Part shown: piece by piece, positions 29,339 to 39,413 of the stretch | Layout of the letters: each line of letters begins with the position of its first letter | How positions within the stretch are numbered: position 1 is the stretch's first letter | IMG/VR virus record: IMGVR_UViG_3300024999_000049 | Coordinates: 1-64,000 of that record | DNA: 64,000 nt | Source of the DNA: a virus | Reading direction: 5' to 3' (one strand) | Translations under genes and position numbers: made by a program | Notes under the pieces: generated by a model | What the model was told of the DNA's origin: nothing | What the model saw: only the letters and a program-made list of their open reading frames with translations | Databases searched by the model: none

Positions 29339-30365
29339 TAAGAGCTTCTAAAATTACCTTTGCAGTTTCAACATCAACTATACTATCAGGAGTTTCAAGA
29401 CTATTAGTTCTTAGAATAGCAACGACACCGGCATTGTCTATCTTCTTTGTCGTAATAAGCTCTTTCATAAGCTTCTTAATCTCTTTAATAAGCTCAGGCA
29501 GCTCCTTAATCTTCTGAAGGCTTTCCTTGACTTCAATACTTTTCTCAGCTTCCTGCTTCTTTGCGATTGAATCGATATCTTCAGTTATTCCAGCCTTGAC
29601 CAATCTCTGTTTTATCATTTCTTTGAATTTAGCATCAAACTTTTCAACAGCCTCTTCTTCTGAATCAAACACTATATTCTCATCAAAATATACTCTGTTT
29701 CCAGCTACAGTTTCATCATTGCCCTGTACCTGCAATACTCTTACCTTCTTGCCATCCACCGTATCTCTCTTGCCATGAATTATATAACTAACTTCAGGAT
29801 AAACAATCTTAGAACATCTCTCAGGAACAGTAGGAACATATACGTTATATGAATCTCCATCTTTTGGTTTAACGGTCTTCATCTCAACGTGAGTTAAATA
29901 TATTGGCCTAAACCCAAGGTTATATATTCTCTTTATTTCTTTTCTGAAATAATCATCTTTAAGAGCATATCCTGCACCATAAGGTATATCACCAATCTTA
30001 GCGTACTTAACCTTATCTTTAATGCTTTCTTTTTTAAGCATATATGGTTCTACAGCACGATACATTTCTTCAAGAGTATCCAAAGCAATTAATCTGATTT
30101 CATTACCGATCTCTTCTCTATTTTCTACAAGGTTGTTTATAAATACAACGAATTTATCCCATCCATCATCTCCACAACAATCTATAAAATCCAAAACCTG
30201 AGCATCGTACCCTTTTTCAAATGCCACCAATATTGTGTTTGGTAGAGTTGCTACTAACTGGGTCTTGCCCCATTTACTTTCTGACTGAATAAGACCACTG
30301 TATTCTCTAAAATCTACCTTTGGAATATTCTTTTTAACACCAAGTTTACTAAAATCGAATCCCAT
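29325..30365 (-). CDS. AAA_24 / Sak4-like ATPase
   Basis: KWGKT, AFEKG, IALDTL, IPYGAGY, LTH. Confidence 0.8.
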   Translation of the reverse strand: MGFDFSKLGVKKNIPKVDFREYSGLIQSESKWGKTQLVATLPNTILVAFEKGYDAQVLDFIDCCGDDGWDKFVVFINNLVENREEIGNEIRLIALDTLEEMYRAVEPYMLKKESIKDKVKYAKIGDIPYGAGYALKDDYFRKEIKRIYNLGFRPIYLTHVEMKTVKPKDGDSYNVYVPTVPERCSKIVYPEVSYIIHGKRDTVDGKKVRVLQVQGNDETVAGNRVYFDENIVFDSEEEAVEKFDAKFKEMIKQRLVKAGITEDIDSIAKKQEAEKSIEVKESLQKIKELPELIKEIKKLMKELITTKKIDNAGVVAILRTNSLETPDSIVDVETAKVILEALNEKK

Positions 30366-30478
30366 CTATTTACCTCCAAAATTTATTAAAGTGCTACCTC
30401 CACTTGTGTTCGGATTGACTTTCCTAGCATTTTAAATGCTTCCGACCCCACTACTAATTATTTTAATTGTCCAAAAGT

Positions 30479-31447
30479 TTAATCATCCAAGTTGAAAGGT
30501 AAATCAGAATCATCGTCTGAATTCAACTCAGGATTAAATTCGCCGGATTCAAACCCAGTATTGCCAGGTTTAACTATATCATCCTCTTTGAACTTACCCT
30601 TTTCGAGACTTTCAGCACTACAACCAATTATCTGCAATGATTTCTCATATGTCTTAACAGTTCTTACTTGTTCTCCCCAAGATCCATCATCATCGGATAT
30701 ACTTTCGGTCTTTGCACGATTATTTATAATACCACCGGCTTTTATAAAATCACCATACTTCAATGTCTTAAAGTTCTTTGCGAACTTTGGATTCCTAGAT
30801 ATGTCTATTTCGAACATACAAGGAGCAAACACATCTCCATAGTTGATTGTGTATGCATATACATATACTTTGCCTTCGGCAGCATCTTCAGTGACTTCAT
30901 TAATTATAATCTCTTCTTCAAACACAGCATCTTCCTTGAAATCAGGAGAAGAGAAATCTATTGGCTCTGTAGCCTTATAAATTGATCCAATTTCAAATTT
31001 AGTCTGGAGCTGTTTCTGCTTAGTGTTCGGATTCTCATACTCACTATGAATACACTTGCCGGTAATCACAACTGGATCACCGTCTTTGAATTCTGAGCTA
31101 CACTTTTCAGCCATATCATAGCTACTTAATATCATATCATAGCCATCGATCTTAGTAGTGAAACGCTTATTCCAATCAACTTCTTTGGTATTCTTAGCTT
31201 TCCTGCTATAGAAGTAAGACTTATTTTGCACCTGTCCAAATGCTTCGACAGTTATTATATTCGTTTCACTAGCTTTTACGCTAAAACGAATACTCTTATA
31301 TTCTTTACCTTCTCTGCCATCCTGTGGCTTAGTCTTTCCAGATGAAAATCCGAATCCCTTACGTGGTGAATCTTTTCCAACTATTATTCCTCGTACTCTG
31401 AAAAACGTAGATGTTTGCGGAAACTTAAAATCTGTTCGTTTTGCCAT
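30479..31447 (-). CDS. single-stranded DNA-binding protein-like
   Basis: Beta-rich OB-like repeats and acidic tail DDDSDLPF; upstream of the Sak4-like gene. Confidence 0.7.
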   Translation of the reverse strand: MAKRTDFKFPQTSTFFRVRGIIVGKDSPRKGFGFSSGKTKPQDGREGKEYKSIRFSVKASETNIITVEAFGQVQNKSYFYSRKAKNTKEVDWNKRFTTKIDGYDMILSSYDMAEKCSSEFKDGDPVVITGKCIHSEYENPNTKQKQLQTKFEIGSIYKATEPIDFSSPDFKEDAVFEEEIIINEVTEDAAEGKVYVYAYTINYGDVFAPCMFEIDISRNPKFAKNFKTLKYGDFIKAGGIINNRAKTESISDDDGSWGEQVRTVKTYEKSLQIIGCSAESLEKGKFKEDDIVKPGNTGFESGEFNPELNSDDDSDLPFNLDD

Positions 31448-31536
31448 TCCTTTTACCTTTACCCTTCCATATTTAATTTTATTATGATTATCTATTAAAA
31501 AAGAAGCTTACGCCCCTTCATCAACCTTACATATAT

Positions 31537-31565
31537 ATTATACTACTTAATGTTTCAATTGTCAA
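31537..31565 (-). promoter_or_regulatory. sigma-A type promoter of the replication operon
   Basis: TTGACA-17-TATAAT-ATATATGTAAGG. Confidence 0.8.
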
Positions 31566-31578
31566 GACTAAATCAAAA

Positions 31579-31743
31579 TTATTTTTTATCTTTCTCTTTA
31601 TATTCATCTATATATTTTTTCAGCACCCAATTCACCATCGAACTTCCACTCCTATCCTGTTCTTTGGCTATCTTATCTATATCTGCTTTCACTTTTTTAT
31701 CCAATATTATACTGTAAATCTTTTTGTTCTCACTCAGCACCAT
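31579..31743 (-). CDS. ribbon-helix-helix (CopG-like) protein, 54 aa, not in the ORF track
   Basis: MVLSENKKIYSIILDKKVKADIDKIAKEQDRSGSSMVNWVLKKYI; GGGTG RBS. Confidence 0.75.
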   Translation of the reverse strand: MVLSENKKIYSIILDKKVKADIDKIAKEQDRSGSSMVNWVLKKYIDEYKEKDKK

Positions 31744-31874
31744 TAATCACCCAAAGCAATTATAAACTATTTAAAATGTAAATAAAAGTTATTTAATATT
31801 TCAATAATAGTTATTGAACTTTTTTCATGATTATGGTAAACTTTATTATAATATATTCCAATAAGGAGCAACTA

Positions 31875-32108
31875 ATGAACAATATACTATATATTACAAC
31901 ATTCGACATTATTTTTGAAAATCTAATCTCTAAGGGTTTAAATGATAAAGATATAGAATTTAAAATAAATCAGCTCTACAATCTATACTGCTTGGGTGAA
32001 GACAAAAGATTTTATTATATCTCTGGTAATTTTATAACCACTGAACAATTTAAAACTGAACTTGAAAAGGAGTATGATATTGAATTTTTCCCAATTAGGC
32101 TCTCATAA
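31875..32108 (+). CDS. hypothetical protein (rare plus-strand gene)
   Basis: AAGGAG RBS before ATG 31875; divergent from the RHH gene. Confidence 0.6.
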   Translation: MNNILYITTFDIIFENLISKGLNDKDIEFKINQLYNLYCLGEDKRFYYISGNFITTEQFKTELEKEYDIEFFPIRLS

Positions 32109-32291
32109 AAAGCTAGGGCTTATTTGTTCTGTCCTGATTATGTAGCCTATTTTGTTTTTCAGTTTTTCTATAAATGAATACGCATCTCTTTGTAAATCCT
32201 GTTCATTAGTTGGCAGATAACCCTTATAGTGGGTTACTGTCCAATATAAAATTGAAGCAAGTAGCCTTATAACTAAAATTTGAAATTTCAT
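32103..32291 (-). CDS. hypothetical protein
   Basis: ORF with AAGGGA RBS. Confidence 0.5.
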   Translation of the reverse strand: MKFQILVIRLLASILYWTVTHYKGYLPTNEQDLQRDAYSFIEKLKNKIGYIIRTEQISPSFL

Positions 32292-32320
32292 ATTTTATAT
32301 CCCTTCGCATTCTTTTTATA

Positions 32321-32551
32321 TTATACAACCGCCGATTCTAAAGACCCTATAGCCTCATCAAATGAATTAATAGCTTCTTCCATATCTGAAATCGCTTGCT
32401 CAGATACACAGCCTCTATCTCCATTCTGGAACGACTCAGGCATATTATCATAGCAGTCTTGCTCTTCATCCCTTAAATTTTCAAGTACCGACTTTAAATT
32501 TTCAATCTGATCTTTAATAAATACTATTGACTTTCTTCTCTTTGTGTTCAA
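32321..32551 (-). CDS. acidic helical hypothetical phage protein
   Basis: EEQDCYDNMPESFQNGDRG pattern; GGAGG RBS. Confidence 0.75.
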   Translation of the reverse strand: MNTKRRKSIVFIKDQIENLKSVLENLRDEEQDCYDNMPESFQNGDRGCVSEQAISDMEEAINSFDEAIGSLESAVV

Positions 32552-32946
32552 ACAATATCCTCCAATTTTTAATAAAAGTGTTATTTTATTGTATTATACA
32601 AACATTACAAGCACAGTCTAAACACTCTTTGCAGCATCCAGAAGCCTCACAATCATCTGCATCTATTTGCATAGTCTTAGTAAACTTTTTAACTATGTAG
32701 TTATTTTCTTGGAGAAGCTTAATTGCAGCCATCAATTCTTTATCCATTCTTCTTATCATTCCTTTCGCAATATTTTTGTCCTATTATGTACAGAGTTTTT
32801 CTCCACTCAAATTCATCTTTACATCCGGTAGAACAAACGTCTCCGCCACAATATGTAAAATCAGTCATAAATTCTTTACCACAAATACAACAAATCATTG
32901 GTTGCTTTGTAAACATATTTTATTCCTTTCTTATAAAACTAAGATT

Positions 32947-33981
32947 TTATTCGTTCAGCTCATTAAGATTAATTGCATATTGCTTGAAACTTATTTGTAA
33001 TTTTTCACAAATAGAAAGAAATACACTAAATGGTATTTTCGATTTTTTTCTTATTATTCCGTCGATGTATCCTTTAGTCTTTTCTATTTTAATTGATATT
33101 TCTGCTAAATAATTAAACTTATATTCTTGCAATTTCCCATAAAACTTATCATAATCAATAACATAATATGGAATATTGAAAATTTTACAATAATTCAATT
33201 TAATATCTTCAATGCCATTAACTACACCATGCACACCTTTCTTAACATAACATCCATATTTCTCTAGTAGACTTTTTGTAATGTCATTAATAAGAATATT
33301 TTCATTTTTCAATATTGTATCTATATTATTATAAAACTGATCATAGGTTTTATTTGTCTTTACGATATCTTCTTTTTTAAATATCCCTGGAAAAACATAG
33401 TCTATATAATTAAAAAATCCTTTAAAAAATCTCTCTCCGTATTCTAGCCCATGTTTACTTAAAAACAAACTAGTTACATATTCAGGAATTTTTTCTTGAG
33501 ATATATTTTCCTCATTCAATACATCTAATAATTTATTCCGATAGTATTCTTTTTTATCAGTTTTTTCATGATACTCTTTTAGATTTGTTCCGCTTTTATT
33601 TTTCGTCAAATATGCTTCAAGATCAAAAGTGTTTTTGCCATATATTTCATTTAAAGCGTTTGATAAACTCCCAAAATAAGTAATAATTCCATTAATCTTG
33701 TATGTTTCGAAAAAACCTCTTTTATAAAAATCATAAATTTCATCAAAGTTCTCTACTTGCTTGATCTCAAAAAATACATAAGTTAAAATTATATAAGCAT
33801 TAATTAAACCGTCTTCTCCATGAAAAAAGAAATGTGGATATCTTTGTATAGTACCATCTAACTTATTTTTATATATAAGTAATATCTCATCCCTATAGGT
33901 TTCGAAACTTGTTACAGAATCAAATTTAGTTCCTGCATATTTTGCATATAAAGATTCATAAATTAAGTCTTTAAACACCAT
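32947..33981 (-). CDS. hypothetical protein with a possible C-terminal HTH
   Basis: 344 aa; YLAEISIKIEKTKGYIDGII near the C-terminus. Confidence 0.65.
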   Translation of the reverse strand: MVFKDLIYESLYAKYAGTKFDSVTSFETYRDEILLIYKNKLDGTIQRYPHFFFHGEDGLINAYIILTYVFFEIKQVENFDEIYDFYKRGFFETYKINGIITYFGSLSNALNEIYGKNTFDLEAYLTKNKSGTNLKEYHEKTDKKEYYRNKLLDVLNEENISQEKIPEYVTSLFLSKHGLEYGERFFKGFFNYIDYVFPGIFKKEDIVKTNKTYDQFYNNIDTILKNENILINDITKSLLEKYGCYVKKGVHGVVNGIEDIKLNYCKIFNIPYYVIDYDKFYGKLQEYKFNYLAEISIKIEKTKGYIDGIIRKKSKIPFSVFLSICEKLQISFKQYAINLNELNE

Positions 33982-34105
33982 ATAATTTCTCCTTAAATAT
34001 TAAAATTATAATAAATTATAACATATCCTAATCACCTATTCTTTTATTTTTTATATGGAATTATTAACCTTTTCTAAAAATTAATATTATAAATGAAGTA
34101 TTTTA

Positions 34106-34291
34106 TTAACTTTTTACATTTTGACACACAAATTCATCGCATCCATCAAATGCATTTTTATTGCTATTATCTAATTCACAAACACCTTCACCTTTATATA
34201 TTTGCTCTCCATCAAAATTTGTTTCTATTCTACCATAAAAGTGCTTACAGTTATCACATATTGCATAACAACCTTCTCCACATTTTTTCAT
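34106..34291 (-). CDS. Cys-rich hypothetical protein
   Basis: Follows the 34303 site with GAGG RBS. Confidence 0.6.
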   Translation of the reverse strand: MKKCGEGCYAICDNCKHFYGRIETNFDGEQIYKGEGVCELDNSNKNAFDGCDEFVCQNVKS

Positions 34292-34482
34292 TAAGTTACC
34301 TCATAAACCAAATATTTTATTGAAAAAGTTCTTCAAATTCATTGGCACCAGAATTTCGCTCTTCCAGTTCCACGATTCCCAACATACAATTATCACAAAT
34401 ATCAAATCTATCTTCCGGTAAATCCTCACCGCAAATAAAACATTTCATTTTAAAGAACCCCTTTCCGAATAAAAGTTATCTT

Positions 34483-35178
34483 TTATCTTATTTCTAAAAC
34501 ATCATTAAAAAGACATTTAAATTTTTCATTTACTACTACATCATCATGATAGTGACCACAATACCATTTTTTGAATTCAAAATTATTATATATCTCGTCA
34601 AAAAACTCATTAAGCTCATTCGTTTCAATATTCCCAAACCGAGATATTGCCCAACCTGGTATTACATCTTTTAAAAACATCTTTGGGCATTCATGAGTCA
34701 AGATATAATCAACCTTATTATTAAATCTTTTAAGGTTTAATGTTGCTAAGTGATATTCAATACAACTTGGCATCTCTTCGGGCCACCATGATACCCCTTC
34801 AGTTCTATATTGCTTATCAACTGAGAATCCTCCACCCATAGTAAAAAACGTGCTGCCATTAATATTATAAACCTGACCTCTCATAAGGTGAATAATTTGA
34901 TTATTAATCCTATGGACACATCCTCCATTCCAATCTTCAATCGGAAGCTTATTAAGGGCTGCAAAGTTGTCATGATTTCCATCTATAAACAAAACAGTAC
35001 AAGGTATGTTTTTTGCATACCATTTTTGTATTTCAAGATCTTTTTCATTACCATGCCATATTATAGCTGCATCTCCAAGAATAATAAGATAATCGTCACA
35101 TGTAAAAGATTCATTTTTCAACCATCGAAGCTTTTTAATATCATGACTTCCATGAGTATCGCCGGTTATAAATATCAT
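34483..35178 (-). CDS. calcineurin-like metallophosphoesterase
   Basis: GDTHG, LGD, DGNHD, THE, GHYH. Confidence 0.92.
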   Translation of the reverse strand: MIFITGDTHGSHDIKKLRWLKNESFTCDDYLIILGDAAIIWHGNEKDLEIQKWYAKNIPCTVLFIDGNHDNFAALNKLPIEDWNGGCVHRINNQIIHLMRGQVYNINGSTFFTMGGGFSVDKQYRTEGVSWWPEEMPSCIEYHLATLNLKRFNNKVDYILTHECPKMFLKDVIPGWAISRFGNIETNELNEFFDEIYNNFEFKKWYCGHYHDDVVVNEKFKCLFNDVLEIR

Positions 35179-35198
35179 TTTACCTCCTTAATGTTAAT

Positions 35199-35314
35199 TA
35201 GGTGAGTGGGGAGTCTAACCCCACAGGGATGTTACTATGGCTCTGTTTCCAGCCTAACCATTACTTCACATCGGATTATTGTCTTCACCGCACTACGCCA
35301 TGTGCTATCACCTA
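35199..35314 (-). ncRNA. tRNA-like RNA with an aberrant enlarged anticodon region
   Basis: Acceptor TAGGTGA/TCACCTA, D arm TA-GCAC-ATGGCGTA-GTGC, T arm GTGGGG-TTAGACT-CCCCAC. Confidence 0.6.
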
Positions 35315-35333
35315 AATATATAAAATTTATGTT

Positions 35334-35594
35334 TTATTCTCTTAATGAGAATCCTATTTTATCTCGTAAAAATACTCCCAGACGATACGGTAATTTAATA
35401 ACTTCCCAAATTAATAAGAATAATATCTCCAAAATTAACGCAGCCATAGCTAATATACCAAATATTAAAAATACTCTGTCTATTGCAATTAAACTGTCAT
35501 TTTTCACATTATGAAATAAACCGTACCCTACTCCACAACAAACTATGTGAATTATTAACCATACCCACCAAGGCACATCTTGTAAAAATTCCAT
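35334..35594 (-). CDS. small two-TM membrane protein
   Basis: Two hydrophobic segments; bounded by the 35320 and 35611 sites. Confidence 0.7.
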   Translation of the reverse strand: MEFLQDVPWWVWLIIHIVCCGVGYGLFHNVKNDSLIAIDRVFLIFGILAMAALILEILFLLIWEVIKLPYRLGVFLRDKIGFSLRE

Positions 35595-35624
35595 ATAATT
35601 TTCCTTCCTTATAAAATCATGTTT

Positions 35625-35930
35625 TTATTTCAGATTCCATAATTCTGAATAAAATTTCACATTACCTTTCATAAATTTTAACTTATCTTCTTTCCTATAA
35701 TTAATCTCATTATAATCTATAGAATTTTTCTTTAATATATTTTGTATTGTTATTGCGTCATTACCATTAATAATTGTTCCGTCTAAAAATTGCACATATG
35801 CAATATTTGGATTGCCATGCCCACAACAGGCATTTGTTATTCCAATTAATTCTCCCAAACAACCGTCATGTCCTTCATATGTTTTATAGTTTCCACAATG
35901 TTTACAAGGTATTTTTTCTAATGTTTCCAT
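35625..35930 (-). CDS. hypothetical protein with CCGHG motif
   Basis: CKHCG, GHDGC, NACCGHG; bounded by the 35611 and 35942 sites. Confidence 0.7.
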   Translation of the reverse strand: METLEKIPCKHCGNYKTYEGHDGCLGELIGITNACCGHGNPNIAYVQFLDGTIINGNDAITIQNILKKNSIDYNEINYRKEDKLKFMKGNVKFYSELWNLK

Positions 35931-35955
35931 AAAATTTCTCCATAAGTTCTACATT

Positions 35956-36159
35956 TTATAAATTTAAAGCCAATATAAGTATCACATCAACAACCAAAGA
36001 CATAAAGAATATGACCGAGCTAACACTTGCTACATTCATATATACTCTGTAATTTGATACAAACGTCACTGGATCACTCTTTGATAAATTTTGCATCATT
36101 TTTCTTATCGCATAAGATATAATTAAAATCACTGACACAATAATAATTGCTAATTTCAT
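35956..36159 (-). CDS. small two-TM membrane protein
   Basis: ATG at 36159 after GAAAGGA; downstream of the 36254 promoter. Confidence 0.65.
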   Translation of the reverse strand: MKLAIIIVSVILIISYAIRKMMQNLSKSDPVTFVSNYRVYMNVASVSSVIFFMSLVVDVILILALNL

Positions 36160-36253
36160 ATTAATTTTCCTTTCTGGATAAAACATCGATTTTATTTTGA
36201 AAAAAAGAGAAGTAGAACAACATTTCTGCTGCTCTACATATCTATATATATAT

Positions 36254-36282
36254 ATTATACTACTTATATTTTTATTTGTCAA
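36254..36282 (-). promoter_or_regulatory. sigma-A type promoter
   Basis: TTGACA-17-TATAAT preceded by AGTAG, as in the other family members. Confidence 0.75.
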
Positions 36283-36325
36283 GTTCCTATTAAATATTTC
36301 TTTTGTATGTACCGGACGCTCCGGT

Positions 36326-36682
36326 TCATGAAATTTCACATTCCTCACAAAAATCTAATTCATTATAGATATCTTCTAAAATCTTATTTTGTTTTAAGCT
36401 ATTTATAGCATTCTGTTTAATTTTTTCAAACAGTAAGTTTTTAAACTCTTCCTTAGTTAAATTATTTCTTATCATATATATCTCAGCACCTTCTTCAAGA
36501 GTATATGCTGGACATATGTTAATTGCCCGTTTTTCTTTGTTGCTGCATATTATTACTGCCGCATCATTTTCTTCATCAAGTTGTAAATTTAAAAATATAC
36601 ACCTATCTCCGTTTGCCAACTCTCCTTCAACCATTAAATAACTTTCAATTGCAGTATGGTCATTCTCTGAACAAATATACAT
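36326..36682 (-). CDS. hypothetical protein
   Basis: ATG at 36682 after GGGAGG. Confidence 0.65.
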   Translation of the reverse strand: MYICSENDHTAIESYLMVEGELANGDRCIFLNLQLDEENDAAVIICSNKEKRAINICPAYTLEEGAEIYMIRNNLTKEEFKNLLFEKIKQNAINSLKQNKILEDIYNELDFCEECEIS

Positions 36683-36874
36683 ATAACAACCTCCCAAAAT
36701 CTTTTATTAAATTTTCTAGAACATATGTTCGTCTAATTATTATAGTATAACTACTTCATTAAGTCAATAGTATACTATTTATTTTTTTATTTGTCTATAG
36801 GACTAATACACCAAAACGGTGTATTAAAATTAGAATATTTTACTTATTTTATTTTTTTAAATAGGACTATCACA

Positions 36875-37813
36875 CTATTTTAAAGGCTCAGAATATTTAA
36901 TCTTTGCAACTTTTTTATACCAGAACATTTGATTTTCAGATGACATATCGAAAAGATTCTTAACAAATTCCATATCAAAATAATCACTATTTTCTTCAGA
37001 GAGTAAATATACAATTTTTGATCTTCTAATGTCTTCTATTGATAATGTGTATATATCTATTCCCTCACATGTAATGCCAAAATATGCGAAAGCTGCCTGA
37101 AGCACAACGCCTGGATTGCCAACATAATCTTCTCTCTTGCTTCTTCCAACGTTAACAGGCTTTATCAGATATTCGCTATCTCTATACTGCATTTTCTTGG
37201 ATCTACCATCTTTACTACGAATATAATGATATTGCTCATTAAGACACAATTTAATGTCTTCTATCAACTGTGGATCTTCAGATCTGAAGAATTTAGTATT
37301 GCTAATATTAATCACTACAGCATCTTGGCCTTGAAAATCAATATCAGATTCTTTAATTAGCTTCATTTCTTCATTGCTTAATCCAAGCCAAGCAAATTCA
37401 AATATCAATCTATCTCTTACATTCCATCCATCACCACTATTATCAGACAACATCTGATTTAAAATATGTCTGTAGTCCATGTAAGTTAAAGTAATTCTTT
37501 TGAGTTGCTCTACATCTAAATAATTGTACATTTCACCAAAATCAAGACTGATATCTTTATACTGAATATTCTCCTCATTTGATATAAAAGTACAGAACTT
37601 TCTAAATGTTGATAGTTTTACATTGAGAGATCCAATAGATGTTGAATTAAATTCTTTAATCCATTGAATTAAATTTTCTTTGTTCCAATAAACACAACTT
37701 TCATTAAAGCTTTTTTCATATTCTATGATTGAATTTACCGTAGACGCATCCTCTTTATTCTCTTTTGTATACTTATCCTTGTATATTTTGCCAAGCCAAT
37801 TCACACAATTCAC
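36875..37813 (-). CDS. degenerate tyrosine-recombinase-fold protein (SPbeta MrpR/YopR-like repressor)
   Basis: SAM-like N-terminus, RDRLIFEFAWLGLS.EEM.LIKESDI, DIRRSK; lacks HxxR, LGH and an obvious catalytic Tyr. Confidence 0.65.
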   Translation of the reverse strand: MNCVNWLGKIYKDKYTKENKEDASTVNSIIEYEKSFNESCVYWNKENLIQWIKEFNSTSIGSLNVKLSTFRKFCTFISNEENIQYKDISLDFGEMYNYLDVEQLKRITLTYMDYRHILNQMLSDNSGDGWNVRDRLIFEFAWLGLSNEEMKLIKESDIDFQGQDAVVINISNTKFFRSEDPQLIEDIKLCLNEQYHYIRSKDGRSKKMQYRDSEYLIKPVNVGRSKREDYVGNPGVVLQAAFAYFGITCEGIDIYTLSIEDIRRSKIVYLLSEENSDYFDMEFVKNLFDMSSENQMFWYKKVAKIKYSEPLK

Positions 37814-37841
37814 CCTTTCATTTTTAACAATTTTTTACTTT

Positions 37842-38453
37842 TTATTTTATAACATAATAATTTTTGGGTATAATTACTGTATTCTTACCTTTTGTCACAA
37901 TTGCACTCTGATATTGTTCTTCACCAGATTCTAGATATTTAAGATATAAATCATTGATGTCGTCATCGGATGTAGATACTAAAGATTGTCTCTTAGTTAA
38001 ATAAATTATGTTCTCTAATTTTTTTCTCACTTCTTTTTCATTTGTAAGCTCAATTCTTAGTTTTTCAATTTCCTTTTCTTTGGTTTTTAAAAGACTATTT
38101 AAAGCCTGGGTTTCCTCAACAGATGCAACATATATTTGTTCCGCAGCCTCCCTGTCAAATTTAAAATCTTTTGTTTTTATTGCTATCTCGCTTTTATTGG
38201 GTTTTGTAACATCTTGAATATTATCACTTTTCTTGAATTCTACACCTTCAATATTTTTTAATATTTCTTCAACCTCGTTCTCTTTTAAAATATCAATGTC
38301 TCCATCAAGAATCTTACTTAATTGAGCAGACACTTTAACAGGGTCATTGAATTTTAAAAGAGAACTTTGCATTACCTTTTTTATTTTGTTCTTATCAATA
38401 TCGGACGAAATAAAATTTAGAATTATCTCTTTTTTATTCATAGCCACAATCAC
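37842..38453 (-). CDS. coiled-coil hypothetical protein
   Basis: ORF between the two integrase-fold genes. Confidence 0.65.
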   Translation of the reverse strand: MIVAMNKKEIILNFISSDIDKNKIKKVMQSSLLKFNDPVKVSAQLSKILDGDIDILKENEVEEILKNIEGVEFKKSDNIQDVTKPNKSEIAIKTKDFKFDREAAEQIYVASVEETQALNSLLKTKEKEIEKLRIELTNEKEVRKKLENIIYLTKRQSLVSTSDDDINDLYLKYLESGEEQYQSAIVTKGKNTVIIPKNYYVIK

Positions 38454-38534
38454 TCCTTTTTATCATTCCTTTCTAATATATCATATTGTATTTAATATGT
38501 CAATTATACCCCTATTTAAAAACTATTAAACATT

Positions 38535-39413
38535 TTAAATCAAATTATTTATAGGATTATTATTAACCGCACTTTGCATTTGCTGATTAGACACATGTGT
38601 ATAGATCTGAGTAGTACTTATATTATTGTGACCCAACAGTTCTTGTATACGCCTCAAGTCTTCTCCTGATTGGTATAAAGCCGTAGCAAATGAATGTCTT
38701 AACACATGTACCCCAGTTGATAATCCTGCCTTTCTTTCAAATTTAGAAACTATATAGTTTATGGTTTCTGGTACTAAACGCTTCTTTTCTTCGCTTAAAA
38801 ACATAGCCTTGTCTTCTGAATTTGGTCTTATTTTCAAATAATCATCCAATAGTTGAACCGCAGCAGGAGACATACATACATGTCTTTCTTTGTCGCCCTT
38901 TCCTTTATTTATTCTTAAAATGTTTTTATCTATTATATCATCTATATCCAAGTCTACTAATTCAAATCTTCTCATGCCGGTTAATAACAATACTCCGACT
39001 ATAGCCCTATCTCTTTTTTGATTTCTACTTACTATGCTACCCAATAATTTCTTAATATCATCAATAGTAAAGTATTTGGGAACCCTCTGAGGTATCTTAG
39101 CCAACTCAATTCCACTAGTTGGATCTTCTTTTATAATCTCTGCTGTATTTATTAACCAACGAAAGAACGTTCTTAGCGCACTCATCTTATTTGATTGAGT
39201 AGATGCTCCATCCCCCTTCTCAGATAAATACATTAAATAATTATTAAGAATTTTTTTATCAACAGTATTTATGTTTTGTTCGCCAATGCTATGATTTACT
39301 AATATAAATTCTAAAAACAGCTCCACCTCTCTTTCATACTTTTTTACGGTTAAATCTGATTTGTCTTTACTTCGTAAATACCTGGTAAAATCATTAGTCA
39401 GCTTGCTTTGCAT
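38535..39413 (-). CDS. XerC/D-like tyrosine recombinase with intact catalytic residues
   Basis: TGMRRFE, KGKGDKER, HVLRHSFAT, LLGH, TTQIYTH; no arm-binding domain. Confidence 0.93.
   Translation of the reverse strand: MQSKLTNDFTRYLRSKDKSDLTVKKYEREVELFLEFILVNHSIGEQNINTVDKKILNNYLMYLSEKGDGASTQSNKMSALRTFFRWLINTAEIIKEDPTSGIELAKIPQRVPKYFTIDDIKKLLGSIVSRNQKRDRAIVGVLLLTGMRRFELVDLDIDDIIDKNILRINKGKGDKERHVCMSPAAVQLLDDYLKIRPNSEDKAMFLSEEKKRLVPETINYIVSKFERKAGLSTGVHVLRHSFATALYQSGEDLRRIQELLGHNNISTTQIYTHVSNQQMQSAVNNNPINNLI

Noticed and set aside
33982-34105. AT-rich gap as a replication origin
   Set aside because: No iterons or DnaA-box-like repeats are visible, and AT richness alone is not evidence in this genome.
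11934-35314. Calling the three cloverleaf elements ordinary tRNAs
   Set aside because: None has a 7-nt anticodon loop as encoded, and the T-loops deviate from TTCRA.
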